A stretch of DNA of 61,958 bases from Patescibacteria group bacterium (GCA_038064835.1 JBBTSD010000010.1:1-61958), one strand, 5' to 3'; counted from the first letter of the stretch, positions 19,723 through 29,450 are shown. A program made the numbers and translations. The notes: generated by a model from the letters alone, not told the origin.

Positions 19723-20529
19723 TTATGAAAGCGCGTACCGACTCCACCTCTTGTCTCCAAGACGCTTGACAAGGCCGCTTGTTACCAAGGCCGCGAGCTC
19801 ACGCTGAACAGTCTTTTCGCTGCATCCTACGATATATGAGGCCACATCTTTTATACCCAATTCTCGCCCACCTTGGAGCACATCCAAAATCGCCTCTTTT
19901 CTACCCCCATGACCGCCACCAACCATGAGGGCTACCTTTGATTTGTCTACCAATAACACAGGCGATATGGGAAGCGCAGTGTCATCTGGCAAGGCTCCTT
20001 TCTTCTTATCGCTATCTGGCAAAGATGATGCAGGTTGGTTCGTGCGGATACCCTTGCGAGAAAACCCGTCGATCATGAGATCTTCCTTTGAAAGCGGTGC
20101 GTACTCTGCAAGTGGTGTGTGTCGTGCAGAATCAATAAACTGCACCAACTCTTCCACCGCTTGGCAGACCAGATCGGCGTTTTCCTTTGAGACATACCCG
20201 CTGACCGACAAAACTTGTATAAGAGACACCACATGCCTTGCTCGTCCGTACAAACGAAATAATGATGGCGGTTCCCCAGGTGCCCGCAAATCGCTTCTGG
20301 TTTCCAGAATGTCCTTTACCAAACCATTTGTTGCAATTCGTATTTCTTGTCTTATTGGCTCTTCCTGAGAAAGATGCCGTGTGATTATGTATGAGGCAGC
20401 TGATATTCTCTCTGCTTTTCGGAAAGCTCTCTCTGCGTGGATATTCCCACCAAATGCAGGTGTCCTTGAAGACAACATGTCTGATATTGCATGAACGCCG
20501 TTGTCTATTTTTTTGTCTGATTGACTCAT
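19723..20529 (-). CDS. hypothetical protein with a C-terminal winged-HTH
   Basis: 268 aa. The C-terminus GIKDVASYIVGCSEKTVQRELAALVTSGLVKRLGDKRWSRY is DeoR/wHTH-like. Confidence 0.6.
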   Translation of the reverse strand: MSQSDKKIDNGVHAISDMLSSRTPAFGGNIHAERAFRKAERISAASYIITRHLSQEEPIRQEIRIATNGLVKDILETRSDLRAPGEPPSLFRLYGRARHVVSLIQVLSVSGYVSKENADLVCQAVEELVQFIDSARHTPLAEYAPLSKEDLMIDGFSRKGIRTNQPASSLPDSDKKKGALPDDTALPISPVLLVDKSKVALMVGGGHGGRKEAILDVLQGGRELGIKDVASYIVGCSEKTVQRELAALVTSGLVKRLGDKRWSRYALS

Positions 20530-20690
20530 AGAATAGATGGGGAATCAGTTTTCTGAAATGGTCGAAAATCACTCAATGACTCTTTGAGTATACAGCCTTG
20601 CGCCTTATGTCCGCAATGTCCCAGAAAGCAGTCTTCACAGGCCTCCATTAGCCGGCAGACAGAAGGCGTGGTCGAGTATGTCCCCGTGGT

Positions 20691-22949
20691 ATGATTCATC
20701 TAATGGCAAAGAAAAAATCGTCAGCACCAGATGATACTGATTGGGTGCATATAATGCGTTCAGAAAGTTTCCGCGCAGTCGTCGGTATTCTCTGTCTGGC
20801 CATGATGGTTTTTCTGGTGCTCTCCGCTTTTGATATCGGAGGGATTCTGGGAAAATCCCTCTTCCAAGGTCTTTCCTACCTCTTGGGTATTGGCTATGCT
20901 CTCCTCCCCATCTCGTTTTTACTCGCTGCCTACATTTTGTTCAAAGCACATAGCGAACGCACGGTCAGTCCCTGGCAGATCGGTAGCGTGATACTTTTCC
21001 TTTTTGCAAGCCTTACCTTACTCGCCACCATCTTCCCTGGAAAGGGTGGTCTGCTGGGATCAGCAATCTCGACACCACTCGTACACGGTGTCGACTTCCC
21101 TGCTGCGGTCACCTTTCTTCTTGCGTTTATTACAGCATCCCTGATTATCATTTTTGATATACACCCCGGAGCTATATATGCCGGGCTCCGGAAACAGATC
21201 GACGACATGAGCCCCACCGCTTCTGAGCCGGAAACACTAGTGACCAGCGGTGTCGCTGATGCTGACACCGATGACGGCACAGTGCCCGAGGAGGTTCCTG
21301 ATGAAATCGAGGAGAGTACTGAAACTGAAGAGCCCGTCCCAGAGGAAGGTGAGCAAGAAGTATCGATACTCGACAGCAACACGCATCGTGATCGTGGCAT
21401 AGACGGGCGTATCCCCATCGCGTTTGTTCCCGGTGGCGCATACACACCTCCCCCCCTCTCTCTCCTAGGTAAAAATCGTGGCCGTCCTGAGGTTGGAGAT
21501 ATAAAGGCCAATGCAAATCAGATAAAAAGGACACTTCTAAAGTTTGGTATAGAGGTTGAAATGGACGAAGTATCTATAGGACCAACGGTCACTCGGTATG
21601 CAATGAAGCCGGCCGAGGGTGTCCGATTGTCAAAAATTGTTGCTTTACAAAGCAATCTTGAACTCGCTCTTGCAGCATCGCCATTGCGCATGGAGGCGCC
21701 CATACCTGGCAAGTCCCTTGTCGGTATAGAAGTCCCTAATGAGACAAGGACAACACTTGGTCTTGGTCCTATATTGTCCGATGTGTCTTTTACTCAATCA
21801 GACAAGCCTCTTCTTTTTTCTCTTGGCCGGACCATTACCGGGACACCACACTATGCCGATCTGACTCGTGCGCCGCACATGCTCATTGCGGGAACGACTG
21901 GGTCAGGAAAGTCTGTGATGATTCACGATTTGATTGTGTCTCTTTTGTACCGTCAGGGCCCAGACCGGATGCGGTTCATTATGGTTGATCCAAAACGCGT
22001 CGAGCTCACTTTCTACAACAACATCCCTCATCTACTCACTCCTGTAATTACCGACGCAAAGAAAGCAATCCTTGCACTCAAATGGCTGGCGGGCGAAATG
22101 GACAGACGGCTCGATGTGCTTGGCGCTGAAAAAGTGCGCGATATTTCTTCGTACCACGAGACAGTCCTACGCCCCGCGCTGATGGAACACGGCAACGGAT
22201 CGTCTGAAGGCCTCCCTGAACAGATGCCATATATCGTTCTTATTATCGATGAGCTCGCTGATATCATGCAGACATATCCCCGAGAGCTCGAGGCTGGCAT
22301 TGTGCGCCTAGCACAAATGAGCCGTGCCGTAGGAATACACCTCGTACTATCTACACAGCGCCCATCTGTCAAAGTCATTACCGGTCTTATCAAGGCCAAT
22401 ATTCCCACCCGTCTCGCTTTCCAAGTCGCCTCGCAGATAGATTCACGCACCATCCTGGATATGGGTGGCGCCGAGAAACTCCTGGGTGCCGGAGACATGC
22501 TTTTCCTTTCAAGCGAGATGGCAAAGCCTATCCGACTCCAATCTCCCTATGTCACCGAAAGTGAAGTTAAAAATGTGGCAAAGCATATCGTGCGCCAATA
22601 CGCCCATGTATTGACCGATGGCATCGAACTGGGCGACAACTCGTCGTCTGCCGCAGATGTGCTTGGTCTTTCCAGCCTAAACGCGGTCGAGGGCGATGTT
22701 GACGATGACCTGTATGAAGACGCAAAGATGGCCGTTATCGAGGCTGGTAAAGCGTCAACATCGTACATCCAGCGTAAATTGCGTGTGGGATATTCTCGTG
22801 CCGCACGACTCATGGATATTCTTGAAGATCAAGGTGTCATTGGTCCTGCCGACGGTGCAAAACCCCGTGATGTCCTTGTAGGCAAAGGTTCAGGACCTGC
22901 CGAAAGAGACAGTGATGAATCTGTTGATGACGAGGCCTCCGTCGTATGA
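20691..22949 (+). CDS. ftsK: DNA translocase FtsK/SpoIIIE
   Basis: N-terminal TM helices and an acidic linker. Walker A is IAGTTGSGKSV, Walker B is IVLIIDELADIM, and the C-terminal gamma wHTH is ASTSYIQRKLRVGYSRAARLMDILE. Confidence 0.93.
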   Translation: MIHLMAKKKSSAPDDTDWVHIMRSESFRAVVGILCLAMMVFLVLSAFDIGGILGKSLFQGLSYLLGIGYALLPISFLLAAYILFKAHSERTVSPWQIGSVILFLFASLTLLATIFPGKGGLLGSAISTPLVHGVDFPAAVTFLLAFITASLIIIFDIHPGAIYAGLRKQIDDMSPTASEPETLVTSGVADADTDDGTVPEEVPDEIEESTETEEPVPEEGEQEVSILDSNTHRDRGIDGRIPIAFVPGGAYTPPPLSLLGKNRGRPEVGDIKANANQIKRTLLKFGIEVEMDEVSIGPTVTRYAMKPAEGVRLSKIVALQSNLELALAASPLRMEAPIPGKSLVGIEVPNETRTTLGLGPILSDVSFTQSDKPLLFSLGRTITGTPHYADLTRAPHMLIAGTTGSGKSVMIHDLIVSLLYRQGPDRMRFIMVDPKRVELTFYNNIPHLLTPVITDAKKAILALKWLAGEMDRRLDVLGAEKVRDISSYHETVLRPALMEHGNGSSEGLPEQMPYIVLIIDELADIMQTYPRELEAGIVRLAQMSRAVGIHLVLSTQRPSVKVITGLIKANIPTRLAFQVASQIDSRTILDMGGAEKLLGAGDMLFLSSEMAKPIRLQSPYVTESEVKNVAKHIVRQYAHVLTDGIELGDNSSSAADVLGLSSLNAVEGDVDDDLYEDAKMAVIEAGKASTSYIQRKLRVGYSRAARLMDILEDQGVIGPADGAKPRDVLVGKGSGPAERDSDESVDDEASVV

Positions 22950-23350
22950 CCCCGTACCGAGTCAACTGGATTACTGCGCTTATCTTCACCATTTTCTTCC
23001 TTTTGATTTCAGGATATGCCTATTTTGAAGCGCGTACTATCGTGTACGGACCAAAAATAAATTTAGGCCAATTACCAAACACATCACTCTTGGTAACCGA
23101 GCAGCTTATTGCCATTCGAGGGGTGGCGGCGAACATTGTCGAACTTCGTATGAATGGCCGTTCAATCCCCACCACAGAAGCGGGGGCTTTTGAAGAGGTG
23201 CATCTCCTTGCGCCCGGCTATAATGCGATAGTTCTCTCGGCAACAGACAAACTGGGACGAACAACAAAGGAAGTGCTCGAGGTGGTGTACCAAGCACCTA
23301 TCGGCATTCAAAACACGACCTCTTATACACCAAACAAAGCAAATGAATAG
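22946..23350 (+). CDS. membrane-anchored hypothetical protein
   Basis: 134 aa. Its start overlaps the ftsK stop (ATGA). N-terminal TM helix is [19 protein letters not shown]. Confidence 0.6.
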   Translation: MTPYRVNWITALIFTIFFLLISGYAYFEARTIVYGPKINLGQLPNTSLLVTEQLIAIRGVAANIVELRMNGRSIPTTEAGAFEEVHLLAPGYNAIVLSATDKLGRTTKEVLEVVYQAPIGIQNTTSYTPNKANE

Positions 23351-23352
23351 TT

Positions 23353-24408
23353 ATGGCAGGAAAAAAAGCAGCCAAGGCAGTAGAAAGCACGACAGTCACT
23401 GAGGCTCTACCGGCCACTTCTGCACCCCGACCAATTGGCAAAGAGATAGAACGAGCTCTCGCCGATATAAAGACGAAATTTGGAGACGAAGCGATCATGA
23501 TGCTGGGCGACCGACCAAAAGTGAATGTGGGCGCAATCCCCACAGGATCGGTGGGTGTTGATTGGGCACTCGGCATTGGCGGTATGCCGCGCGGTCGCAT
23601 CATTGAAATTTTTGGTCCTGAATCCTCTGGCAAGACAACCCTCGCCCTGCATACCGTTGCTGAGGCACAAAAACTTGGCGGTGTGTGCGCTTTCATTGAC
23701 GCTGAACATGCGCTGGACCCCGAATACGCAAAAAAGATTGGTGTCCACACCGAAGACCTTCTGATTTCACAACCAGACCACGGCGAGCAAGCTCTCGAGA
23801 TTGTCGAGTCTCTCGTTCGTTCTGGAAAAATTGATATCATTGTCGTTGACTCTGTTGCGGCACTCACCCCTCGCGATGAAATCGAGGGTGACATGGGTGC
23901 TATGCATGTGGGCAAGCAAGCTCGCCTTATGTCGCAAGCCCTCCGTAAGCTCACAGCGATTGTCGCGAAGTCAAAGACTATTGTGATTTTCATCAACCAA
24001 ATTCGTATGCAAATCGGCGTGATGTTTGGCAACCCTGAAACTACTCCGGGCGGCAAAGCGCTCAAGTTCTACACTTCTGTACGCGTGGATATTCGTCGCA
24101 TCGCCCAGATAAAAAAAGGTGACGAGGTGATGGGAGGACGACACCGCGTAAAAATCGTAAAGAACAAAGTTGCAGCGCCATTCCGCTCGACCGAATTCGA
24201 CCTGATGTACAACGAAGGTATTTCTCGCGAAGGTGAAATACTTGCTCTCGGCGAAAAACTTGGCATGGTCGAGAAGACCAGTAGCTCCACCTACAAATTT
24301 GGCGATCTCTCGCTCGGACGCGGTTACGACGCTGCGCGCACCTTCCTTAAGGAGAACCCTAAAATAAGCGATGCTATCCTAAAGGAGATTCGTGTGAAGT
24401 TGCAGTAA
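23353..24408 (+). CDS. recA: recombinase RecA
   Basis: Motifs: [49 protein letters not shown] and [28 protein letters not shown]. Confidence 0.97.
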   Translation: MAGKKAAKAVESTTVTEALPATSAPRPIGKEIERALADIKTKFGDEAIMMLGDRPKVNVGAIPTGSVGVDWALGIGGMPRGRIIEIFGPESSGKTTLALHTVAEAQKLGGVCAFIDAEHALDPEYAKKIGVHTEDLLISQPDHGEQALEIVESLVRSGKIDIIVVDSVAALTPRDEIEGDMGAMHVGKQARLMSQALRKLTAIVAKSKTIVIFINQIRMQIGVMFGNPETTPGGKALKFYTSVRVDIRRIAQIKKGDEVMGGRHRVKIVKNKVAAPFRSTEFDLMYNEGISREGEILALGEKLGMVEKTSSSTYKFGDLSLGRGYDAARTFLKENPKISDAILKEIRVKLQ

Positions 24409-24566
24409 TACCATCTCCAACTAACCCGTTCCGCCCAAGTACTGAAAATGAGGGCTACGGCTCGGAGAAAAAATCTCACTGTATCTGCGGATATACTTCG
24501 TTTTTTTCTCCGTCGCCTCGCCACTCATTTTCACCACTTAACGGAACGCTTTAGTTGTCGATGGTA
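24409..24566. mobile_element. MITE-like palindromic element, copy 1 (158 bp)
   Basis: Termini are TACCATCTCCAACTAACCCGTTCCG (left) and, read as the reverse complement, TACCATCGACAACTAAAGCGTTCCG (right). The interior is an imperfect palindrome. TAA flanks both ends directly (24406-24408, which is the recA stop, and 24567-24569). Its termini match those of the element at 50351-50506. Confidence 0.6.
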
Positions 24567-24642
24567 TAAGGTTCTTTCGGCAGAGAGCGCAAGATGCCAG
24601 GGGTGGTGGACAAAAACCAATTTCCGCATAAGATTGCTTTCT

Positions 24643-25206
24643 ATGTTGTCCTATAATGAAATCCTGCCCAAGAAAGTCATTGTTATCGACGGTGTTCCCT
24701 ACGAAGTACTGACTTCGTGGATATTCCGCAAACAAATGCGAAAGCCTGTAAACCAGACAAAACTCCGCAATCTAAAGACCGGAGGCACTATCGAATACAC
24801 CTTCCATCAGCCCGACAAGGCCGAGGAAGCAGATCTTGAGAAGCATGTGATCCAGTTTATCTACACGCGCAATGATGAATACTGGTTTATGGATCCTAAG
24901 GATGCAAAGAATCGCTTTGCCCTCCCCGATACACTGGTTGGAGAAGCTGGAAAATACTTAAAGAAGGATATGCTCATTGATGCTGTGTCGTTTGAAGAGG
25001 AGATTATCAAACTGAAGCTCCCGATCAAAGTCGACCTTCTTGTCACTGAAGCGCCACCAAATTTTAAAGGCGACACCGCACAAGGCGCAGTGAAACAGGT
25101 TGTCCTTGAGACCGGCGCGACCATCACAGCCCCCATGTTTATCGAAGCGGGAGAAGTAATACGCATCAATACCGAGACAAATGAATATGTAGAGCGTGCA
25201 AAGTAA
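24643..25206 (+). CDS. efp: elongation factor P
   Basis: MLSYNEILPKKVIVIDGVPYEVL...KPVNQTKLRNLKTGG... is a typical 187-aa EF-P. The ORF-track extension back to 24448 lies inside the palindromic element and is rejected. Confidence 0.9.
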   Translation: MLSYNEILPKKVIVIDGVPYEVLTSWIFRKQMRKPVNQTKLRNLKTGGTIEYTFHQPDKAEEADLEKHVIQFIYTRNDEYWFMDPKDAKNRFALPDTLVGEAGKYLKKDMLIDAVSFEEEIIKLKLPIKVDLLVTEAPPNFKGDTAQGAVKQVVLETGATITAPMFIEAGEVIRINTETNEYVERAK

Positions 25207-25223
25207 TCGCTTGCACGCACGAG

Positions 25224-25251
25224 AAAAGGCCTCCTTCTAGGGGGCCTTTTT
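25224..25251. terminator. bidirectional terminator between convergent efp and the small Cys-rich ORF
   Basis: AAAAGGCCTCCTTCTAGGGGGCCTTTTT. Confidence 0.7.
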
Positions 25252-25256
25252 GCGCT

Positions 25257-25490
25257 CTATCGACCATTGCGTGGCGGCGGCCTCCTGCGACGCACAACAC
25301 GACCGCTACTTGCAGGAACTGGTTTGGCGTGAGACACAATATACGGCCCATCACCACAACGACCGTCATAGTACTCAACCCCTTCTTGATCACATCCGCA
25401 GGTCAAAACAGGACCGTCTCCGCAACGACCGTCATAGTACGCCGGGGCTCCACACTCGCCACAAACATATCTCTGTACATACTCTGCCAT
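25257..25490 (-). CDS. small Cys-rich protein with a tandem YYDGRCGDGP repeat and an Arg/Pro-rich tail
   Basis: 77 aa. The start lies 1 nt after the MaoC stop. The peptide repeat YYDGRCGDGP occurs twice, and its DNA, CAACGACCGTCATAGTAC, is also duplicated ~70 nt apart. It contains 7 Cys. Confidence 0.5.
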   Translation of the reverse strand: MAEYVQRYVCGECGAPAYYDGRCGDGPVLTCGCDQEGVEYYDGRCGDGPYIVSHAKPVPASSGRVVRRRRPPPRNGR

Positions 25491-25491
25491 C

Positions 25492-26064
25492 TTAAGAACC
25501 TTTCTTTACCCGAGGAAACTGCAGTACCGCTTCTCCTTCGAGAACAATTTTCTCACCAACACGACATACACACTCGAACTTGGCTCTCCTCTTCTCTGAA
25601 TCTATTTCGGTGACTATCGCCCGCACGACCACCACATCTCCAATGCGCACCGGCGCCTTGAAATTTAGGGTTTGTGATACATACACAGTGCCTGGTCCTG
25701 GAAAGGTTGTCCCGAAAAGTGCTGAAATGAAACCGCCAGTCAAAAGACCGTGGGCAATTCGCCCTTTGAATATGGTTTTCTTCGCATACCCATCATCCAA
25801 GTGGATGGGGTTTTTGTCACCAGTTGCTTGTGCAAAATTGGTAATGTCTCGCTCAGAAACCGTATGAGAGAGAAACCCTGTACTCCCCTCCTTTAGCTCT
25901 TCGAACGGAATTGAAAGATAAGCTCCGGAGGCTCCTACGGGCCCCAGCTGGTCCGCCACGCCATCAAACCACTGACCGCGGGCGGTGTAGAATGTTCCCC
26001 AAAAACGCAGTGGAGCAGTCAGCCATGCGCTGTACATTTTCCACAGAGTAGTATCCATGCTCAT
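25492..26064 (-). CDS. MaoC-like (R)-specific enoyl-CoA hydratase / hot-dog dehydratase
   Basis: FAQATGDKNPIHLDDGYAKKTIFKGRIAHGLLTGGFIS is the MaoC dehydratase signature. Confidence 0.8.
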   Translation of the reverse strand: MSMDTTLWKMYSAWLTAPLRFWGTFYTARGQWFDGVADQLGPVGASGAYLSIPFEELKEGSTGFLSHTVSERDITNFAQATGDKNPIHLDDGYAKKTIFKGRIAHGLLTGGFISALFGTTFPGPGTVYVSQTLNFKAPVRIGDVVVVRAIVTEIDSEKRRAKFECVCRVGEKIVLEGEAVLQFPRVKKGS

Positions 26065-26154
26065 GCCAAGAACTCCTTTTCTTAAGCAAGGATAGGCTAC
26101 ACGGAAGCCCCTCGCAAGAGGGGCTTCCGTACAAAAGTTTGATACAACTACTTT

Positions 26155-26343
26155 TTACTTTTGCACATATGGCAAAAGCGCCATAAACCGCGCGCGCTTA
26201 ACTGCGCCAGCAACCATTCGCTGTTGGAACGCGGTGAGTCCACTACGCTTGCGACTCATAATCTGCCCGTGCGGAGTCAGAAAACGCTTCAAGACTTCAA
26301 TGTCTTTGTAATCGATATAGGTGATGTCATGTGGCAGTGTCAT
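26155..26343 (-). CDS. rpsR: 30S ribosomal protein S18
   Basis: IDYKDIEVLKRFLTPHGQIMSRKRSGLTAFQQRMVAGAVKRARFMALLPY. Confidence 0.93.
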   Translation of the reverse strand: MTLPHDITYIDYKDIEVLKRFLTPHGQIMSRKRSGLTAFQQRMVAGAVKRARFMALLPYVQK

Positions 26344-26352
26344 ATGTTTTAT

Positions 26353-26826
26353 TTAGAATGGAATGTCATCCGGATTGATTTCGTCGGCTGGATAATCAAT
26401 GCCTGCTGGATTCTCCTCTTTCTTTCCTTTTGCCGAACCGCCTGCGGATGCCTTTGCGCGAGGGGCCTCTCCGCCATCAAAGCTTCCGCCTGCTCCCCCT
26501 CCGGCTTTTGGACCAAACTGTACTCGATCTGCAATAATCTCCGTTTTGTACTTCTTTTGGCCCTCCTGCTCCCAGGTCCTTGTCTGGATACGCCCCTGTA
26601 TAAACGCAGACGCACCCTTCTTGAGATACTGCGCGACAGTCTCAGCCTGACGACCAAATACAACAACATTGTGAAATTCTGGTTGCTCCTGTTTGTTGCC
26701 ATCGCGGTCTTTAAATACACGATTTGTCGCAAGGCCGAAACTTGCTACTTGTATTCCGGAAGGAAGTGCTTTGAGCTCCGGGTCGCGAGTAAGGTTTCCG
26801 TACAAAATGACCATGTTTATGTTCAT
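26353..26826 (-). CDS. ssb: single-stranded DNA-binding protein
   Basis: The OB fold begins MNINMVILYGNLTRDPELKALPSG..VASFGLATNR. A Gly-rich tail ends in the acidic DDIPF. Confidence 0.93.
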   Translation of the reverse strand: MNINMVILYGNLTRDPELKALPSGIQVASFGLATNRVFKDRDGNKQEQPEFHNVVVFGRQAETVAQYLKKGASAFIQGRIQTRTWEQEGQKKYKTEIIADRVQFGPKAGGGAGGSFDGGEAPRAKASAGGSAKGKKEENPAGIDYPADEINPDDIPF

Positions 26827-26844
26827 ATAGTAGGTAGTATACCC

Positions 26845-27378
26845 TTATACTTCTGATACCAAAACATCGATTGCTGCATCAAGCTTTTCTTCTGAAACAG
26901 GTCCTTGCGATTCGCCTTCTGAACGGCGCGGTGATGACTTGATGGTGTCAGTTCGCTTTACCTCCTTGAGCACATGCTGGCGTACCTGCGCACGCATATC
27001 CTCTCGCACAGTCTTAAAGACAAGATGCCTGATGACGCTCTTGTGTGCCTTGAGGGCGATTTCAAGTGTTCCAAGCAATGTGGAATTCAATTCGCACTTA
27101 ATCCACCCGAAATGAGAGTGGTCATAATTGGTGTACTTGCCATTGTTCCAGATAGCAATTGGGAACGACAAGGGCATGCGCTGATGCGCCCCTTCAGCGA
27201 TGAAAGACGCCCCAAGGTCTTCGAGTATCTTCCGTATCTCTGAAACAACCTTTTCAACTTCTGCGCCGTCAATAGTCGGGAGTATGTGGTAGGCGATTTC
27301 GTACACACGCATGAGAGGCGCCTCGACTTCGAGGGTATTTGCCGGAACATCTGCCTTCTTACTTTTTGCCTTAACCAT
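26845..27378 (-). CDS. rpsF: 30S ribosomal protein S6 (extended)
   Basis: Has an MRVYEIAYHILP... S6-like core and sits in the rpsF-ssb-rpsR arrangement. The N-terminal 22 aa may not be translated; an alternative start is at 27312. Confidence 0.75.
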   Translation of the reverse strand: MVKAKSKKADVPANTLEVEAPLMRVYEIAYHILPTIDGAEVEKVVSEIRKILEDLGASFIAEGAHQRMPLSFPIAIWNNGKYTNYDHSHFGWIKCELNSTLLGTLEIALKAHKSVIRHLVFKTVREDMRAQVRQHVLKEVKRTDTIKSSPRRSEGESQGPVSEEKLDAAIDVLVSEV

Positions 27379-27448
27379 AGCCGGAATACTCTACCACAGC
27401 GCCCCTGCCCCATGCAAGCCGCAGATATGGGACTGCCCGCGCGAAGAC

Positions 27449-27832
27449 TTAGAGATTCTTATCCAAAAATTCTTTAAGCGAGGTTATGTCTTTCTTGTCG
27501 TTATCGTAAAAATGAGTATGTATGCCAACGGAATTTGCACTCTCAACTGCCTTTGGGTTGTGTTCAAAGTAGACGACTTCATCCTTGGTCAGACCAAAAT
27601 GTTCGAGCATTTTTTCGTAGTATTTCGGGTCGGTTTTCTCTGGAGTGTGTTTCAGAGAAAAGACCTCGTAGGGCATCTTATCGAGGCCAAAAGTCTTGAG
27701 CTGTTCATCATTTGCGCCAGTCAGAATGATTTTCTTGTTTGGGTAGTTTTCAAGCAGAGAATACATCTCATCAAACACAAGCCCTGTATCAGAGACAAAG
27801 CAGTCCACTGCATCCACCAAGATTGTTTTCAT
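27449..27832 (-). CDS. HAD-superfamily hydrolase (small)
   Basis: The start is moved to ATG 27832 (MKTILVDAVDCFV, HAD motif I DxxD-type). The C-terminal half is HAD-like. Confidence 0.55.
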   Translation of the reverse strand: MKTILVDAVDCFVSDTGLVFDEMYSLLENYPNKKIILTGANDEQLKTFGLDKMPYEVFSLKHTPEKTDPKYYEKMLEHFGLTKDEVVYFEHNPKAVESANSVGIHTHFYDNDKKDITSLKEFLDKNL

Positions 27833-27924
27833 GTTCTGACTATAGCAAGAAACCTCTATTTTTGCGATTTGGCGGCATGTTATACTCCGAGCATTATTAG
27901 AGATAGGGCTAATGCCCCAAAAGT

Positions 27925-28467
27925 ATGAGTGAGGCACATCATCAAAATCGACCCAGTGTTTCCGAATCTCTTGTTCGGCATGAAATAAAAGAGGGCATCG
28001 AGGCTATGGGTGATCTGGGCGCATCTGTTGTTGAGCACATTGACTTCACTTCCGTTGATATCGAGACATTAAAACAAAAGGTGTTGCCATTTTTGGGAAT
28101 GGCCTCAGCCGCAATAAATGCTACTGATTTCAAAACAGCTGTGGGCGGACACCAAGCATACCTGTCAGAACACAGGAAAAGTATCGATGAGGGTATTTCA
28201 CTTTCTCGCAGATGGCTCATCAGCATCATTGTATCCAACTTGACGCAAATACTATCTGGCCAAGCCGGTTTAACCGTGGAGGAATTTTCAAAAAGCATGA
28301 GGTCCAGTCTTGAATCGCCATCCGATTCAAGCATTGTCACTTTAATGAGTCTCCTGCAAGATGAAGTCGAGTACACAGATCATGACGCACCGCACGCATT
28401 GGCAAAAGCAATTGGAGAACAGTTTTTGAGTACATTAAAAGAGAAGGCCAACATCCCCCGCAGCTAG
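27925..28467 (+). CDS. hypothetical protein
   Basis: 180-aa ORF with protein-like composition. The antisense ORF 27942..28376 looks less protein-like. Confidence 0.5.
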   Translation: MSEAHHQNRPSVSESLVRHEIKEGIEAMGDLGASVVEHIDFTSVDIETLKQKVLPFLGMASAAINATDFKTAVGGHQAYLSEHRKSIDEGISLSRRWLISIIVSNLTQILSGQAGLTVEEFSKSMRSSLESPSDSSIVTLMSLLQDEVEYTDHDAPHALAKAIGEQFLSTLKEKANIPRS

Positions 28468-28655
28468 CAAATCTCTGTCCGTCCAAGTAATTGATAATTG
28501 AGTTCATCCTGGTGCCACATTCATAAAATTTTGTCCTGAGAAAACCGGAGAATCGCGAGCGAGGCGAAGGAAAAAATACTGTGGCAATGCAGGGGCATTG
28601 GCAAGGAATTTTTGCCGAGCCGCAGCCGCGATTATGCGGTTTTATGGACAAAATT

Positions 28656-29450
28656 TTATGAATGGGGTACTAGGCCAAAAACTCGGCGGGCGTTTACGAG
28701 GAGTTGTTCAGCAATCTGCTCTGGGTCGGCAGACCGTATCGCTGTTATCGAATCCACTATATGAGTTACGAAAGCCGGTTCGTTCCGCTCGCCCCTATGA
28801 GGTATCGGTGTTGCGTAAGGCGCGTCCGTTTCGCTCAAAATCATGTCGAGCGGGGCTTCTCGTACCACTTCTTGAGTTTCGGTAGCAAAAGTTATCACTC
28901 CGGGAAATGCTGTGGTAAAACCGATAGCCCAATACTGACGAGCAATCGCGAGAGGTGCCGTAAAGAAATGTGAGTTCCCACGCACGCACGCACCATGTCG
29001 TGTCTGCGCACTCTTTAGCATACCGAGCGCATCGTCATGCGCATCCGCCGACCCTTTTCCCGGACGCACATGGAGCATTAGCGGGAGATTGTGCTCTACA
29101 GCAAAAGCGATCTGCGTTTCAAATACTTTTTTCTGGCGATTTTTCTCTGCCTCATCGGCCCCGCGAAAGTAGTCGAGTCCGCACTCACCCACCGCTACCA
29201 CACGAGGGGTGAGTAGTGATGCGTACGCATCACTATCAAATCCATCCAGGGTATCCACCGGATGTTGCCCAATAGTCGCCCACACATCGGGGTGCGCCCC
29301 AGCTAAATCAACAGCGCTCTTTGAAAGCGCGTAGGTGGTACCCACGGTGATGGTGGCAACGCCGCGCTCGCGCATCCGTGCAAGCATCGCATCGCGATCA
29401 GAGTAGTAGCGCTCATGATGTATGTGGGAATGAGTGTCTATGAAGCGCAT
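28656..29450 (-). CDS. tatD: TatD-family metal-dependent hydrolase
   Basis: MRFIDTHSHI... ECGLDY ... LMLHVR ... SETDAPY motifs. Confidence 0.88.
   Translation of the reverse strand: MRFIDTHSHIHHERYYSDRDAMLARMRERGVATITVGTTYALSKSAVDLAGAHPDVWATIGQHPVDTLDGFDSDAYASLLTPRVVAVGECGLDYFRGADEAEKNRQKKVFETQIAFAVEHNLPLMLHVRPGKGSADAHDDALGMLKSAQTRHGACVRGNSHFFTAPLAIARQYWAIGFTTAFPGVITFATETQEVVREAPLDMILSETDAPYATPIPHRGERNEPAFVTHIVDSITAIRSADPEQIAEQLLVNARRVFGLVPHS

Noticed and set aside
23298-24065. 255-aa ORF antisense to recA. The same applies to the antisense ORFs inside ftsK, ileS, argS, the ABC transporter and the 1156-aa surface protein gene.
   Set aside because: The sense-strand genes are unambiguous and highly conserved. 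The antisense ORFs have Ser/Arg/Pro-rich compositions typical of shadow frames.
24324-24642. ORF 24324..24524 (minus strand) and the 65-codon N-terminal extension of efp (24448..24642)
   Set aside because: Both arise from the two arms of the palindromic element and therefore encode mirror-similar peptides. EF-P homology begins at Met 24643.
26161-26856. 231-aa plus-strand ORF
   Set aside because: It is antisense to rpsR and ssb, both of which are clearly real.
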